A DNA stretch of 64,000 nt from Escherichia phage vB_EcoS_VAH1. Where the stretch lies: the sequence record MK373792.1. One strand, 5' to 3'. The notes under the pieces were generated by a model. That model was given only the letters and a program-made list of their open reading frames with translations. It did no database searches and was not told where the DNA came from. The stretch's first letter is position 1. The number at the start of each line of letters is the position of its first letter. Both the position numbers and the translations under genes were made by a program. Below are positions 26,478 through 36,239 of this stretch, piece after piece.

Positions 26478-26747
26478 ATGACCAATGTAAAAGAATTTAT
26501 TAAACGCTGTCAAGAAGCATATTATCAAGGTATGTCTTTAATCTCTGATGAGGAATATGATTGCCTAGTAAAACGCTTCCCGTTAGAGGAAGAGATCGGG
26601 CCTAAGGGTGATATTCCACATCTGTATCGTATGTATTCTTTACAGAAAGTTTACTATAACCGTGGAGATAAACCACCATTCAATCCTTTAGGTCAGGTGG
26701 AAACCGATAAGTTAGATGGTTGTGCAATTTCTCTGCTATATATTTAA
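26478..26747 (+). CDS. lig: NAD-dependent DNA ligase, N-terminal fragment (ends just after the KxDG adenylation motif)
   Basis: 89 aa ending ...KLDGCAISLLYI*; the ligase continues in another frame from about 26746. Confidence 0.7.
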   Translation: MTNVKEFIKRCQEAYYQGMSLISDEEYDCLVKRFPLEEEIGPKGDIPHLYRMYSLQKVYYNRGDKPPFNPLGQVETDKLDGCAISLLYI

Positions 26748-27303
26748 TGGCGAATTTGTTCAAGCACTAACTCGTGGTAATGGTATTCTGGGGAATGATG
26801 TCACAAGCAACGTAAGATTGCTGAACATCCCTAAAAAGATTTCCCAAAAAGTACCTACTCAAATCACTGGTGAAGTTCTAATTACAAAAGAAGTAGAAAA
26901 TAAACGTAACTTTGCCTCTGGTGCTATTAACCTCAAAGATAGTGATGCTTTTGTACAACGTATCGGGGAAGGTGGTTTAATCTTCGTTGCATACGGTATC
27001 CAGTGTTCTGCTGAATCTGTAGGTATTACAGAAGCGTATTTAAAAGATATGCTTTGGCTAGAGAATGAGAACTTCTTAACAGTTGTTATGTGCGTTCCTC
27101 CTTTAAAATGGATTCCGACGGACGGTAAAGTTGTTCGTATTAATGACAACAACAAATTCTTCCGGGAAGGCTGGACTAATAAATTCCCTCGTGGGGCATT
27201 CGCTATTAAAGAGGATGAAGAAGGCGAGATTACAACTCTTACTAAAGTTGAATGGCAGGTAGGGGCTTCTGGTAAAGTTCCAGTTGGTTATTTCGAACCG
27301 TAA
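26716..27303 (+). CDS. lig: NAD-dependent DNA ligase, adenylation-domain fragment
   Basis: Frame contains NGEFVQALTRGNG... directly continuing the KLDG motif of the previous ORF; ends at tandem TAA TAA. Confidence 0.7.
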   Translation: MVVQFLCYIFNGEFVQALTRGNGILGNDVTSNVRLLNIPKKISQKVPTQITGEVLITKEVENKRNFASGAINLKDSDAFVQRIGEGGLIFVAYGIQCSAESVGITEAYLKDMLWLENENFLTVVMCVPPLKWIPTDGKVVRINDNNKFFREGWTNKFPRGAFAIKEDEEGEITTLTKVEWQVGASGKVPVGYFEP

Positions 27304-27306
27304 TAA

Positions 27307-27453
27307 TTGATTGATGCCACAATTGTTAAAGCGACTCTTAATAACGTTGATTATATTAACTCTCTCGATCTAGAGATCGGTTGCCAGATTCGAGTGATTC
27401 GTGCTGGTGGTGTAATCCCGTGCATAGTAGAGCGAGTATACGATTATACATAA
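27307..27453 (+). pseudogene. lig: NAD-dependent DNA ligase OB-fold segment lacking its own start
   Basis: Same frame as the previous fragment, right after TAA TAA; encodes [13 protein letters not shown]...[16 protein letters not shown] (compare ligase ATLHN...RAGDVIP). Confidence 0.5.
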
Positions 27454-27585
27454 CCCTTTGCTACCCATCTACCGTATCGGAATTATGGTTATTGACATTT
27501 CGCCGCTTAGGTATATATACTATTATCATTCAGTTGAGGGATAGAAAGTTATGGCGAGGGTAAGCAAAGTTAGTTAAAATTGTAG

Positions 27586-27614
27586 TTGCTAAATGCTTAA
27601 ATACTTGCTATAAT
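27586..27614 (+). promoter_or_regulatory. Sigma70 promoter (TTGCTA-N17-TATAAT) for the ligase C-terminal ORF
   Basis: Consensus hexamers in the 190-bp gap between the ligase parts. Confidence 0.6.
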
Positions 27615-27644
27615 ATTTATATAAATTGATAAGGAAGAAATTTG

Positions 27645-28424
27645 ATGAAAATCGAAATTCCAACACAATGTCCCTCTTGTGGTTCTAAGCTAGATCTTGT
27701 CAACGGACAATTATTCTGTCGTAATAAGTCCAACTGTCCAGCGCAATCAAGTAAGTTAATTGAGAACTTCTGTACAAAAATGAAGTTAAAGGGCTTTGGC
27801 CCGAAAACTATTGAGAAGCTGGAGCTGACGAAGATTTCAGAACTATTTTACCTAACCGAAGAAGATTTGGTTAGAGCAGTGGGTAGCAAGGTTGCCGCTA
27901 AATTAATTAGCGAATTAAATACTAAAGTTCGCGGAGACATTGACTTTGGTTCAGTTCTCGGTTCTTTAGGAATCCCTCTAATTGGAGAGGTTGCAGCAAA
28001 GAAATTATCCCAAAATTGCACTAGCTTCCACGATGTGAAGGCTGACGGCAAGGCTGGAGAAAACTATAAAGCCTGGCTAAATTCCCCACAAGGCAAGGAT
28101 GTTATCGAATTACCGTGGAAATTCACAACTGGTGTTAAAGGTGCTAAAGCTGAGGTCATCATTACTGATGGTCTAGTAGCCCAACCAAACGGAATAACGG
28201 TATGTATTACCGGATCTTTGCAAGATTTTGCAAATAGAACGGATGCAACAAACTATCTAGAAGGTCTAGGGTATACTGTTAAAAAATCAGTTACCAAAGA
28301 CGTTAAATACCTAATCTGTGAGGATGAATCTAAGCGTTCTTCCTCATCTTATAAGAAAGCCGAAACGAATGGGATAGAAATCCTGTCGATTAAAGAACTA
28401 TTGGAGAAAAATAATAATGTCTAA
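27645..28424 (+). CDS. lig: NAD-dependent DNA ligase, C-terminal part (Zn finger, HhH, BRCT)
   Basis: Track ORF 27642..28424; ATG at 27645 with AAGGAAG ribosome-binding site; CPSCGS...C...C zinc finger and BRCT-like C-terminus. Confidence 0.75.
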   Translation: MKIEIPTQCPSCGSKLDLVNGQLFCRNKSNCPAQSSKLIENFCTKMKLKGFGPKTIEKLELTKISELFYLTEEDLVRAVGSKVAAKLISELNTKVRGDIDFGSVLGSLGIPLIGEVAAKKLSQNCTSFHDVKADGKAGENYKAWLNSPQGKDVIELPWKFTTGVKGAKAEVIITDGLVAQPNGITVCITGSLQDFANRTDATNYLEGLGYTVKKSVTKDVKYLICEDESKRSSSSYKKAETNGIEILSIKELLEKNNNV

Positions 28425-29184
28425 ACTGAACTGGAACGTAGAAGGTGTAACCGAGTCTCTGAAAGCAAAAGCCACTGCTCTGGGTGTTGCTGTAATCTCT
28501 CAAGAACAAGTAGCTGCTATCGCTGCTGAACTGGCTGCTGAGACTGGCAAAGACGTTACCGCTCGCTCTGTTGGCTCTAAGCTGCGTAAAGAAGGTTTCG
28601 AAGTACAGAAAGCTAACGAAGTACAGAAATCTCCGTGGACTCCTGAGCAGGAAGCTGAACTGGTTGATTTCCTGAACGCTCATGCTGGTCAGTATACCTA
28701 TGCTGAAATCGCTGCTGCTGTAGCTGGTGGTCAGTTCGGTGCTAAACAGGTACAGGGTAAGATCCTGAGTCTGGAAATGACCGCTTCTGTTAAACCAACC
28801 GAAAAAGCTGCTGCTGTTCGTTCCTTCACTCCGGATGAAGAAACTGATTTTGTTAATCAGGTTGTTGCTGGGGCTACTATTGAAGCTATCGCTGCTCACT
28901 TCGGTCGTAATATCAAACAGATCCGTGGTAAAGCTCTGAGTCTGCTTCGTGAAGGTCGTATCGCTGCTATGCCGGTACAGGAAACTTCAAGTGCTAAAAC
29001 TCGTGAAGATCTGCTAGAAGGTCTGGATCTGGTTAACATGACCGTTGCTGAGATCGCTGAGAAAACTGGTAAATCTGAGCGCGGTGTTAAATCTATGCTG
29101 TCTCGTCGTGGTCTGGTTGCTAAGGACTATGATGGTGCCGCTAAGCGTGCTAAACTGGATGCAAAAGCTGCGGCTGCTGAATAA
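28417..29184 (+). CDS. Abundant DNA-binding-like protein with three internal helix-turn-helix-like repeats
   Basis: 255 aa; repeated modules (YAEIAAAVAGG...KQVQGKILSL; IEAIAAHFGRNIKQIRGKALSL; VAEIAEKTGKSERGVKSMLSRRG); strongly preferred codons. Confidence 0.55.
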   Translation: MSKLNWNVEGVTESLKAKATALGVAVISQEQVAAIAAELAAETGKDVTARSVGSKLRKEGFEVQKANEVQKSPWTPEQEAELVDFLNAHAGQYTYAEIAAAVAGGQFGAKQVQGKILSLEMTASVKPTEKAAAVRSFTPDEETDFVNQVVAGATIEAIAAHFGRNIKQIRGKALSLLREGRIAAMPVQETSSAKTREDLLEGLDLVNMTVAEIAEKTGKSERGVKSMLSRRGLVAKDYDGAAKRAKLDAKAAAAE

Positions 29185-29201
29185 TCTGGTAAATTAAACC
29201 T

Positions 29202-29235
29202 AAGGGGAGGGGGCTATGCTCCTTCCCCTTTTTGC
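29202..29235 (+). terminator. Rho-independent terminator
   Basis: Stem AAGGGGAGGG/CCTTCCCCTT (one mismatch) followed by a U-run; the track ORF's ATG at 29216 lies in the loop. Confidence 0.6.
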
Positions 29236-30739
29236 ATTTAGAAGGCACGAAAGCGTGCAAAGGAGAATGACCTTGTTTAACGTGCAAGCTGTAGTGTTGA
29301 AGATGCTTCTAGCTTCCGAACAGAAGCAAATAGCATTGGAAACATTCTCAAAACTGCATAAAGATCATTTTAATGACGCTTTCTCCTCAATTTACCAAGC
29401 CGTCCAGAATTATTATAAAAAATATAACACAATGCCGTCCATTGACGCACTTATGCTTGAAGCTAATAGGAACGCCCGCCTTTCTCAAGCTCTAGTCGTC
29501 TTAGCTAACACTCAAATTCCAGAAGTGAGCATGGAACAGGCACTTGAAGTCCTAGAGGCCGAATATACACAGGATTTATTCCTGAAGCTTCTAGAAACAG
29601 ACGTGCTTCAAGATTTAACAATGCTGGATCAGGGAGAAATTCTCAACCGAGTTGCCTCCCTTCACTTAAAATTAGAAGAGAAAGTAACGAATACTGGAAA
29701 AGTATTCAACGCAGATAACATGCGTATTTTCCAGAGAGAAGAAGATACCAAACTGAACTTAATCGCTCTTGGTATTTGTAATGAGTTCGACGCTCAAATC
29801 GGTTTAGCTCGCACAGAAACGTTACTGCTTGGTGGTTGGCGTGGTACTGGTAAATCCATTATCTGTTCAAACATACAGGTTCAGCAATATTTGAATGGGG
29901 ATATTGCTCCATACTTCTCAATTGAGATGAAAGAACATGAAGTATTTAGACGTAATCTAGCCATGTTAGCTGGTGTATCAGCATTAGCAATGCGTAATAA
30001 TACTCTAGAAGGTGCAGCTCTGTTGAGATTAGCCAGAACTAGAGCTAGAATGTTTAATGGTGGTGAAGAGCTTTTCGACAACTTCGTTAAACAGTATACA
30101 ATGGCTAAGATGAGTGATTTCTACGATATGGAGAGTAAGCTAATAGAGGGATATGAACTACATACTCCTATGATTATCGTTTATGACCCTGAACTGTCCA
30201 TTACAACAGTTGACGTAGAATTAAATAAATTAGTTGCTAGATATGGTGATAAAGTTACAGTAGCTCTACTTGACTATATTAACCAAACCCGACTTCCAGA
30301 CTCTAAAACCATTGATATGTATGACTGGAAAGAACAGATGGTTGTTAGCTCGTCTTTCAAATCTATCTGCCAGAAACATAACGTGGCTGGTGTAGCTCCT
30401 TACCAGATCGATCAAGATGGTAGAACACGTATGTCAAAGGGTATTCTTGATTCCGCAGATATGGCTGCTAATCTTAATGCTGCAAAAGCTGATAATGGTC
30501 AAGGTGCTATTATGTTTGACTTCGTTAAGACTCGTTCTTCTGATAGCGTGAAGTTTATGCCTAAAATGAACTGGGAAACCTTGCGGATGGATAACACTAC
30601 CAACCTAGCAATGGAAGATATATCTCAAATGGAAGCTGAGTTCATTATCCCTATTGAGAAGGATAAGCCGGCTCAACCTAAACGTGCTAAGAAAGACAAA
30701 ACTGAAAATTCAACAGGTGAACAGGCCAGCGATATATGA
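29216..30739 (+). CDS. DnaB/RecA-like P-loop ATPase, putative replicative helicase
   Basis: 507-aa frame; Walker A GGWRGTGKS; true start uncertain because 29216 is inside the terminator hairpin (alternatives near 29267-29273). Confidence 0.55.
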   Translation: MLLPLFAFRRHESVQRRMTLFNVQAVVLKMLLASEQKQIALETFSKLHKDHFNDAFSSIYQAVQNYYKKYNTMPSIDALMLEANRNARLSQALVVLANTQIPEVSMEQALEVLEAEYTQDLFLKLLETDVLQDLTMLDQGEILNRVASLHLKLEEKVTNTGKVFNADNMRIFQREEDTKLNLIALGICNEFDAQIGLARTETLLLGGWRGTGKSIICSNIQVQQYLNGDIAPYFSIEMKEHEVFRRNLAMLAGVSALAMRNNTLEGAALLRLARTRARMFNGGEELFDNFVKQYTMAKMSDFYDMESKLIEGYELHTPMIIVYDPELSITTVDVELNKLVARYGDKVTVALLDYINQTRLPDSKTIDMYDWKEQMVVSSSFKSICQKHNVAGVAPYQIDQDGRTRMSKGILDSADMAANLNAAKADNGQGAIMFDFVKTRSSDSVKFMPKMNWETLRMDNTTNLAMEDISQMEAEFIIPIEKDKPAQPKRAKKDKTENSTGEQASDI

Positions 30740-31269
30740 TAACACAGGAAAGGCTAAAAGAGTTATTTGATTACTCCCCAGGAACTGGGGAGTTTACTAG
30801 AAAAGTATCTAGAGGTAATCAGAAAGCTGGTAGTATAGCTGGTTCTTTAAGAAAAGATGATTATATATGTATATGGGTAGATGGAAAGCCTTACTATGCG
30901 CATCAACTAGCTTTTCTCTATATGGAAGGTTATTTACCTGAAGAAGTAGACCATATAAACCGTATACGAAGTGATAATCGTTGGGTTAACCTTAAAGATT
31001 CTTCTCACCAAGAGAATAGCAGGAATAAAGCAGCTAAAAGTAAATCAGGGTATATAGGAGTTAGTTGGAATAAACAAAGGCAAAAATGGCAAGTTCAACT
31101 AAGAGATACCAATAAAAAGAAAATATTCGGTGGATATTTTGAGTACCAGAATTTAGAATCAGCCGTAGATAAGATTAATAAGCTACGATTACAATTTCAT
31201 GGGGAAAATGCTATTCAAGAAATATTCGACCCGTCTAATTATCCTGCATTAGAGGAGATAAATTCATGA
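30736..31269 (+). CDS. HNH homing endonuclease (HNH_3 + AP2)
   Basis: 177 aa; N-terminus MITQERLKEL shared with the ORF at 38324; HQLAFLYMEGYLPEEVDHINR. Confidence 0.8.
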   Translation: MITQERLKELFDYSPGTGEFTRKVSRGNQKAGSIAGSLRKDDYICIWVDGKPYYAHQLAFLYMEGYLPEEVDHINRIRSDNRWVNLKDSSHQENSRNKAAKSKSGYIGVSWNKQRQKWQVQLRDTNKKKIFGGYFEYQNLESAVDKINKLRLQFHGENAIQEIFDPSNYPALEEINS

Positions 31270-32156
31270 GTAGAATAACAGAATTACTTGATCTTAAGGG
31301 AATTGAGTATAAAGATACTGGTGGAGATATTTTAATCTGTTGCTTAAATCCAGATCATGATGATAAACACCCAAGTTTGCGTATTGATCCTGAAACCGGG
31401 ATTATGCACTGCTTGAGTTGCGGGTTTGGCAAAGGTATACCTAGTATTTATCATTATTTTAATGAGACTCAATATAGACAATCTCCAAGACTATCCCAAG
31501 TACGTAAAAAGATTTCAGAGATTAGAAATGGATCTACGAATCTTGCAATCCCAGAATCTGCCTGCCTTTTCGAAGGTGATTTCCGAGGTATCAGTTCTAA
31601 GACCTTGAAGAAATATTTTGCTTTCCAACATCAAGAGAACTGGGAAGGCAGAATTGTATTCCCAATCACAGATGCTGTTGGACGCAATATCCTATTTTTG
31701 GGTCGTTCTATAAACAGTTCTGCCCCTCCTAAATACTTAGTAAAACCAAAACAAGTTTCACCACCGATTTTCCCTGTACGATATAATACTCCAGTTCTTG
31801 TTCTAGTTGAAGGTATCTTTGATATGCTGAACCTAGAGGATAATGGTATAGACTATGCTTCTTGCTGCTTTGGTACACATCAGTTTACCTCGGATAACAT
31901 TGCAGATAAGTTCAGTCCGTATATTATTGCTGGTGTTAAAGTTGTTGTTATCTTACTAGATAATGATGCTTCTGGTAATAAAGCCGCACAAGCACTGGCT
32001 AAGCTAATTCGTACAAAAACGCGTTTAACACCTGTAGTTGCTAACTTTCTTCTGCCTGAAGGTAAAGACCCAGGTGACTTAAATAAAGAAGAAATTGATA
32101 TGTTAGCAAAACGTATTGAAATTTTAGTTGCTGAATCGCTTAAAGATTTGGTATAA
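31266..32156 (+). CDS. DNA primase (DnaG-like, CHC2 zinc finger + Toprim)
   Basis: 296 aa; zinc finger CLNPDHDDKHPSLRI...CLSCGFGKG; Toprim-like EG..D region. Confidence 0.8.
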   Translation: MSRITELLDLKGIEYKDTGGDILICCLNPDHDDKHPSLRIDPETGIMHCLSCGFGKGIPSIYHYFNETQYRQSPRLSQVRKKISEIRNGSTNLAIPESACLFEGDFRGISSKTLKKYFAFQHQENWEGRIVFPITDAVGRNILFLGRSINSSAPPKYLVKPKQVSPPIFPVRYNTPVLVLVEGIFDMLNLEDNGIDYASCCFGTHQFTSDNIADKFSPYIIAGVKVVVILLDNDASGNKAAQALAKLIRTKTRLTPVVANFLLPEGKDPGDLNKEEIDMLAKRIEILVAESLKDLV

Positions 32157-32182
32157 TAGTCCTAAATAACTGAGGAGCTACT

Positions 32183-32512
32183 ATGGAATATGTATATATT
32201 TATGCGGATGTTCCAGTGTATGATAGTATAACACACAAAGAGGTTAAACTAGAGCGGTTTACAACACTGGAGTCCCTTAATAAACGAAAGAATTTCCATT
32301 TATTTGGTGATCCTAAATTACCTGCATCTTATATTTACTTTAAAGTAAAAGATACAGGTCAAGAGGTATACCTAACATATGATTGGGCTGTTGTAGAAAA
32401 TACTGAGCAATCTATGAAAGCGCTAGATGCTTTTCTGCGTATAGATGAAGAATTTCGGGTACTAGAAAAGCAGCGCAATGAAATGCGTAAATTACTACAT
32501 ACCTATAAATAG
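32183..32512 (+). CDS. Hypothetical protein
   Basis: 109-aa ORF with GAGGAG ribosome-binding site. Confidence 0.55.
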   Translation: MEYVYIYADVPVYDSITHKEVKLERFTTLESLNKRKNFHLFGDPKLPASYIYFKVKDTGQEVYLTYDWAVVENTEQSMKALDAFLRIDEEFRVLEKQRNEMRKLLHTYK

Positions 32513-32515
32513 TAT

Positions 32516-32544
32516 TTGCTATTATCCCAATATTTTGATATAAT
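32516..32544 (+). promoter_or_regulatory. Sigma70 promoter (TTGCTA-N17-TATAAT) upstream of the DNA polymerase gene
   Basis: Consensus hexamers about 60 nt upstream of the pol start. Confidence 0.6.
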
Positions 32545-32605
32545 ATATTGGTAAGTTAGAGAAGAAACACTGAAGTTATACTTACTTACCAAGAGGAGAT
32601 TAAAT

Positions 32606-35173
32606 TTGAAAATCGCAGTAGTTGATAAAGCTCTAAATAACACTCGTTATGATAAACATTTCCAGCTATACGGCGAGGAAGTTGATGTATTCCATATGTG
32701 TAACGAGAAGTTGTCCGGTCGTTTGCTCAAAAAGCATATTACTATAGGGACTCCGGAAAACCCATTTGACCCGAATGATTATGATTTTGTTATACTGGTA
32801 GGTGCCGAACCTTTCCTGTACTTTGCAGGTAAGAAAGGTATTGGTGATTATACTGGTAAACGTGTAGAGTATAATGGATATGCTAACTGGATTGCGAGTA
32901 TCAGCCCAGCCCAGTTACACTTTAAACCTGAAATGAAACCAGTTTTTGATGCAACAGTAGAGAATATCCACGATATTATCAATGGTCGTGAGAAGATTGC
33001 AAAAGCTGGTGATTACCGTCCTATTACTGACCCTGATGAGGCAGAAGAATATATCAAGATGGTGTATAATATGGTTATCGGACCTGTCGCATTCGACTCC
33101 GAAACCTCAGCACTATACTGTCGAGATGGTTATCTACTTGGTGTTTCTATATCTCACCAAGAGTATCAGGGTGTATATATCGATTCTGATTGCCTCACAG
33201 AGGTTGCAGTATATTACCTCCAGAAAATCCTGGATAGTGAAAACCACACTATTGTTTTTCACAACTTGAAGTTTGATATGCACTTTTATAAGTACCATCT
33301 GGGACTTACTTTTGATAAAGCACATAAAGAACGCAGGCTCCATGATACCATGTTGCAGCACTATGTTCTAGATGAACGTCGTGGTACTCATGGCTTGAAA
33401 TCTCTAGCAATGAAGTATACCGATATGGGTGACTATGACTTTGAACTAGATAAGTTCAAAGATGATTACTGCAAAGCACATAAAATCAAGAAAGAAGATT
33501 TCACCTATGATTTAATTCCGTTTGATATTATGTGGCCTTACGCTGCGAAAGATACAGATGCCACCATACGTTTGCACAACTTCTTCTTACCAAAGATTGA
33601 GAAGAATGAAAAACTTTGCAGTCTGTATTACGATGTTTTGATGCCTGGTTGCGTATTCTTGCAACGTGTTGAAGATCGTGGTGTACCTATTTCTATCGAT
33701 CGTTTAAAAGAAGCTCAGTATCAGTTAACCCATAATCTGAATAAAGCCCGTGAGAAACTGTACACTTATCCAGAAGTTAAACAGCTAGAACAAGATCAGA
33801 ATGAAGCGTTTAACCCGAACTCTGTTAAGCAGCTGCGCGTTCTTCTGTTTGATTACGTTGGCTTAACTCCAACAGGTAAACTGACGGATACTGGAGCAGA
33901 TTCTACAGATGCAGAAGCTCTGAATGAGCTGGCTACGCAGCATCCAATTGCTAAAACTCTACTAGAGATTCGTAAGCTGACTAAGCTGATCTCTACTTAT
34001 GTTGAGAAGATTCTACTGAGTATTGATGCAGATGGTTGCATTCGTACTGGTTTCCATGAACATATGACTACTTCTGGTCGTCTGAGTTCTTCTGGTAAAC
34101 TGAACCTGCAACAGCTACCTCGTGATGAATCTATTATCAAGGGTTGTGTAGTTGCACCACCTGGATACCGTGTAATCGCGTGGGACTTAACAACTGCGGA
34201 AGTTTACTATGCTGCTGTTCTATCTGGGGATAGAAATATGCAACAGGTATTTATCAACATGAGAAATGAACCCGATAAATACCCAGACTTCCACTCTAAC
34301 ATCGCCCACATGGTATTTAAATTGCAATGTGAACCTCGTGATGTTAAGAAGCTGTTCCCAGCTCTACGTCAGGCAGCTAAGGCAATTACCTTTGGTATTT
34401 TGTATGGTTCTGGCCCGGCTAAAGTAGCACATTCTGTTAACGAAGCATTGCTCGAACAAGCAGCCAAAACTGGGGAACCGTTTGTTGAATGTACTGTTGC
34501 AGATGCTAAAGAGTACATTGAGACTTACTTTGGTCAATTCCCACAGCTTAAGCGTTGGATTGATAAGTGCCACGATCAGATCAAGAATCATGGATTTATC
34601 TATAGTCACTTTGGTCGTAAACGTCGTCTGCATAATATCCATTCCGAAGACCGTGGTGTTCAGGGTGAAGAAATTCGTTCTGGATTTAACGCAATCATTC
34701 AGTCTGCTTCTTCTGATAGTCTCCTTTTAGGTGCTGTAGATGCAGATAATGAGATCATTTCTCTTGGTTTAGAACAAGAGATGAAGATTGTTATGTTGGT
34801 TCATGACTCCGTAGTTGCTATTGTTCGTGAGGATTTGATCGACCAATACAATGAAATCCTGATTCGTAATATTCAGAAAGACCGTGGTATCAGTATTCCT
34901 GGCTGTCCGATTGGTATTGATTCAGATTCTGAAGCCGGGGGTTCTCGTGACTATTCTTGTGGTAAGATGAAGAAACAGCACCCATCAATTGCTTGTATTG
35001 ATGATGATGAATATACTCGTTACGTTAAAGAAATGCTACTTGATGCAGATTTCGAGTATAAGAAACTAGCTGCGATGGATAAAGAGCATCCAGACCACAG
35101 CAAGTACAAGGATGATAAGTTTATTGCTGTATGTAAAGATCTGGATAACGTGAAAAGGATTCTCGGTGCTTAA
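32606..35173 (+). CDS. DNA polymerase, family A (T5-type, 855 aa), TTG start
   Basis: 855 aa from a TTG with AAGAGGAG ribosome-binding site; N-terminal 3'-5' exonuclease and C-terminal Pol I-like polymerase domains. Confidence 0.9.
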   Translation: MKIAVVDKALNNTRYDKHFQLYGEEVDVFHMCNEKLSGRLLKKHITIGTPENPFDPNDYDFVILVGAEPFLYFAGKKGIGDYTGKRVEYNGYANWIASISPAQLHFKPEMKPVFDATVENIHDIINGREKIAKAGDYRPITDPDEAEEYIKMVYNMVIGPVAFDSETSALYCRDGYLLGVSISHQEYQGVYIDSDCLTEVAVYYLQKILDSENHTIVFHNLKFDMHFYKYHLGLTFDKAHKERRLHDTMLQHYVLDERRGTHGLKSLAMKYTDMGDYDFELDKFKDDYCKAHKIKKEDFTYDLIPFDIMWPYAAKDTDATIRLHNFFLPKIEKNEKLCSLYYDVLMPGCVFLQRVEDRGVPISIDRLKEAQYQLTHNLNKAREKLYTYPEVKQLEQDQNEAFNPNSVKQLRVLLFDYVGLTPTGKLTDTGADSTDAEALNELATQHPIAKTLLEIRKLTKLISTYVEKILLSIDADGCIRTGFHEHMTTSGRLSSSGKLNLQQLPRDESIIKGCVVAPPGYRVIAWDLTTAEVYYAAVLSGDRNMQQVFINMRNEPDKYPDFHSNIAHMVFKLQCEPRDVKKLFPALRQAAKAITFGILYGSGPAKVAHSVNEALLEQAAKTGEPFVECTVADAKEYIETYFGQFPQLKRWIDKCHDQIKNHGFIYSHFGRKRRLHNIHSEDRGVQGEEIRSGFNAIIQSASSDSLLLGAVDADNEIISLGLEQEMKIVMLVHDSVVAIVREDLIDQYNEILIRNIQKDRGISIPGCPIGIDSDSEAGGSRDYSCGKMKKQHPSIACIDDDEYTRYVKEMLLDADFEYKKLAAMDKEHPDHSKYKDDKFIAVCKDLDNVKRILGA

Positions 35174-35181
35174 TTTCAAAT

Positions 35182-35208
35182 TGCCCGTATATGCTTTACG
35201 GGCATTTG
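35182..35208 (+). terminator. Terminator-like hairpin after the polymerase gene
   Basis: Stem TGCCCGTA/TACGGGCA followed by a weak TTTGTAT run. Confidence 0.4.
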
Positions 35209-35375
35209 TATCAATTGAGCAAGAAGGTGATTATTCCGTAATTACAACAAGATATAATAAATATGTGCTAGATAACAGGAAGTTGCCTGGTACTTTTTCT
35301 CAACGTAGGCTTATTCTATTTGAGAAACGGAAAGAATTACCATACAAGCTCTATCCTATTAGAGGTAGAATATCA

Positions 35376-35663
35376 ATGTTGTCTCAATTAGTTGGGTCAA
35401 AGCGTAGCCAATTTATAGATTCTGATGGAAATCTTATTAACTGGAAGAAAACTACGTTCTATGATGTTGTCACCTCTAAAGTTTTGCATTCAGCTAGAAT
35501 TTATAACGGAAAATACCAATGCTATGTAGCTAAAGTTCCATATCCATTTGTATTATCCTATGTTCCAGCTTATATAAGCTATATTCTGGTAAATAATAGC
35601 CCTGTTATTTATCAAGTCCATCAAGAGGAGCCTGAAATTCCTAGACTTAGAATAAAATTATGA
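35376..35663 (+). CDS. Hypothetical protein (start uncertain)
   Basis: Track ORF 35166..35663 begins over the terminator; the internal ATG at about 35376 has a GAGGT ribosome-binding site. Confidence 0.3.
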   Translation: MLSQLVGSKRSQFIDSDGNLINWKKTTFYDVVTSKVLHSARIYNGKYQCYVAKVPYPFVLSYVPAYISYILVNNSPVIYQVHQEEPEIPRLRIKL

Positions 35664-35812
35664 AGGTTGTTATATCTAATAAAGCCTATTTCAAGCCCGA
35701 TGATGAACTTTGGGATTATTGTAGTAAGCAAACCACTTATCACATAGAGACAATGACTAGTAAATACCCTATTATGTATAAGAATAGTGGTGTTGTTGCC
35801 CAAAGAGATTAA
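35660..35812 (+). CDS. DExH-box helicase, N-terminal fragment (about 50 aa; absent from the ORF track)
   Basis: ATG overlaps the upstream stop (ATGA); MKVVISNKAYFKPDDELWDYCSKQTTYHIETMTSKYPIMYKNSGVVAQRD*; the frame shifts at a GCCC run into the next fragment. Confidence 0.4.
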   Translation: MKVVISNKAYFKPDDELWDYCSKQTTYHIETMTSKYPIMYKNSGVVAQRD

Positions 35813-36239
35813 GTGGATTCCTATTACGCGTCTGGACTTATTAGATGCTAAAGGAATAAAATACGAATTAGTCGATAAACGCACATTAGCTCCAGTAGAT
35901 ATACCAAAACCTGAGTTCAAGCTGCGTGAAGAAGACCAGCTCCCAATATATAAAGAGTGTGATGATACCTGTATTATTAATGGTAAGCCTGGATTTGGTA
36001 AAACTATCCTAGCCCTTGCACTTGCGTATAAATTTGGCCAGAAAACTTTGGTAATCTGTACAAATACATCCATACGTGAAATGTGGGCGGCAGAAGTTCG
36101 TAAATGGTTTGGGTTTGAACCAGGCATCATAGGTTCTGGGAAGTACAATATTGATCCACCAATTGTAGTCAGCAATATTCAAACAGTAAATAAACATGCG
36201 AATAATCTTTCTAAAGTATTCGGTACTGTTTATAGTTGA
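35787..36239 (+). CDS. SF2 DExH-box helicase (D10-like), fragment with motif I
   Basis: No ribosome-binding site at the track start; Walker A GKPGFGKT; ends ...KVFGTVYS* at a GTTT run. Confidence 0.7.
   Translation: MVLLPKEIKWIPITRLDLLDAKGIKYELVDKRTLAPVDIPKPEFKLREEDQLPIYKECDDTCIINGKPGFGKTILALALAYKFGQKTLVICTNTSIREMWAAEVRKWFGFEPGIIGSGKYNIDPPIVVSNIQTVNKHANNLSKVFGTVYS

Noticed and set aside
27402-28730. Two Chi octamers (GCTGGTGG) on the + strand at about 27402 and about 28723
   Set aside because: About two occurrences are expected by chance in 64 kb on two strands, so there is no evidence of enrichment.
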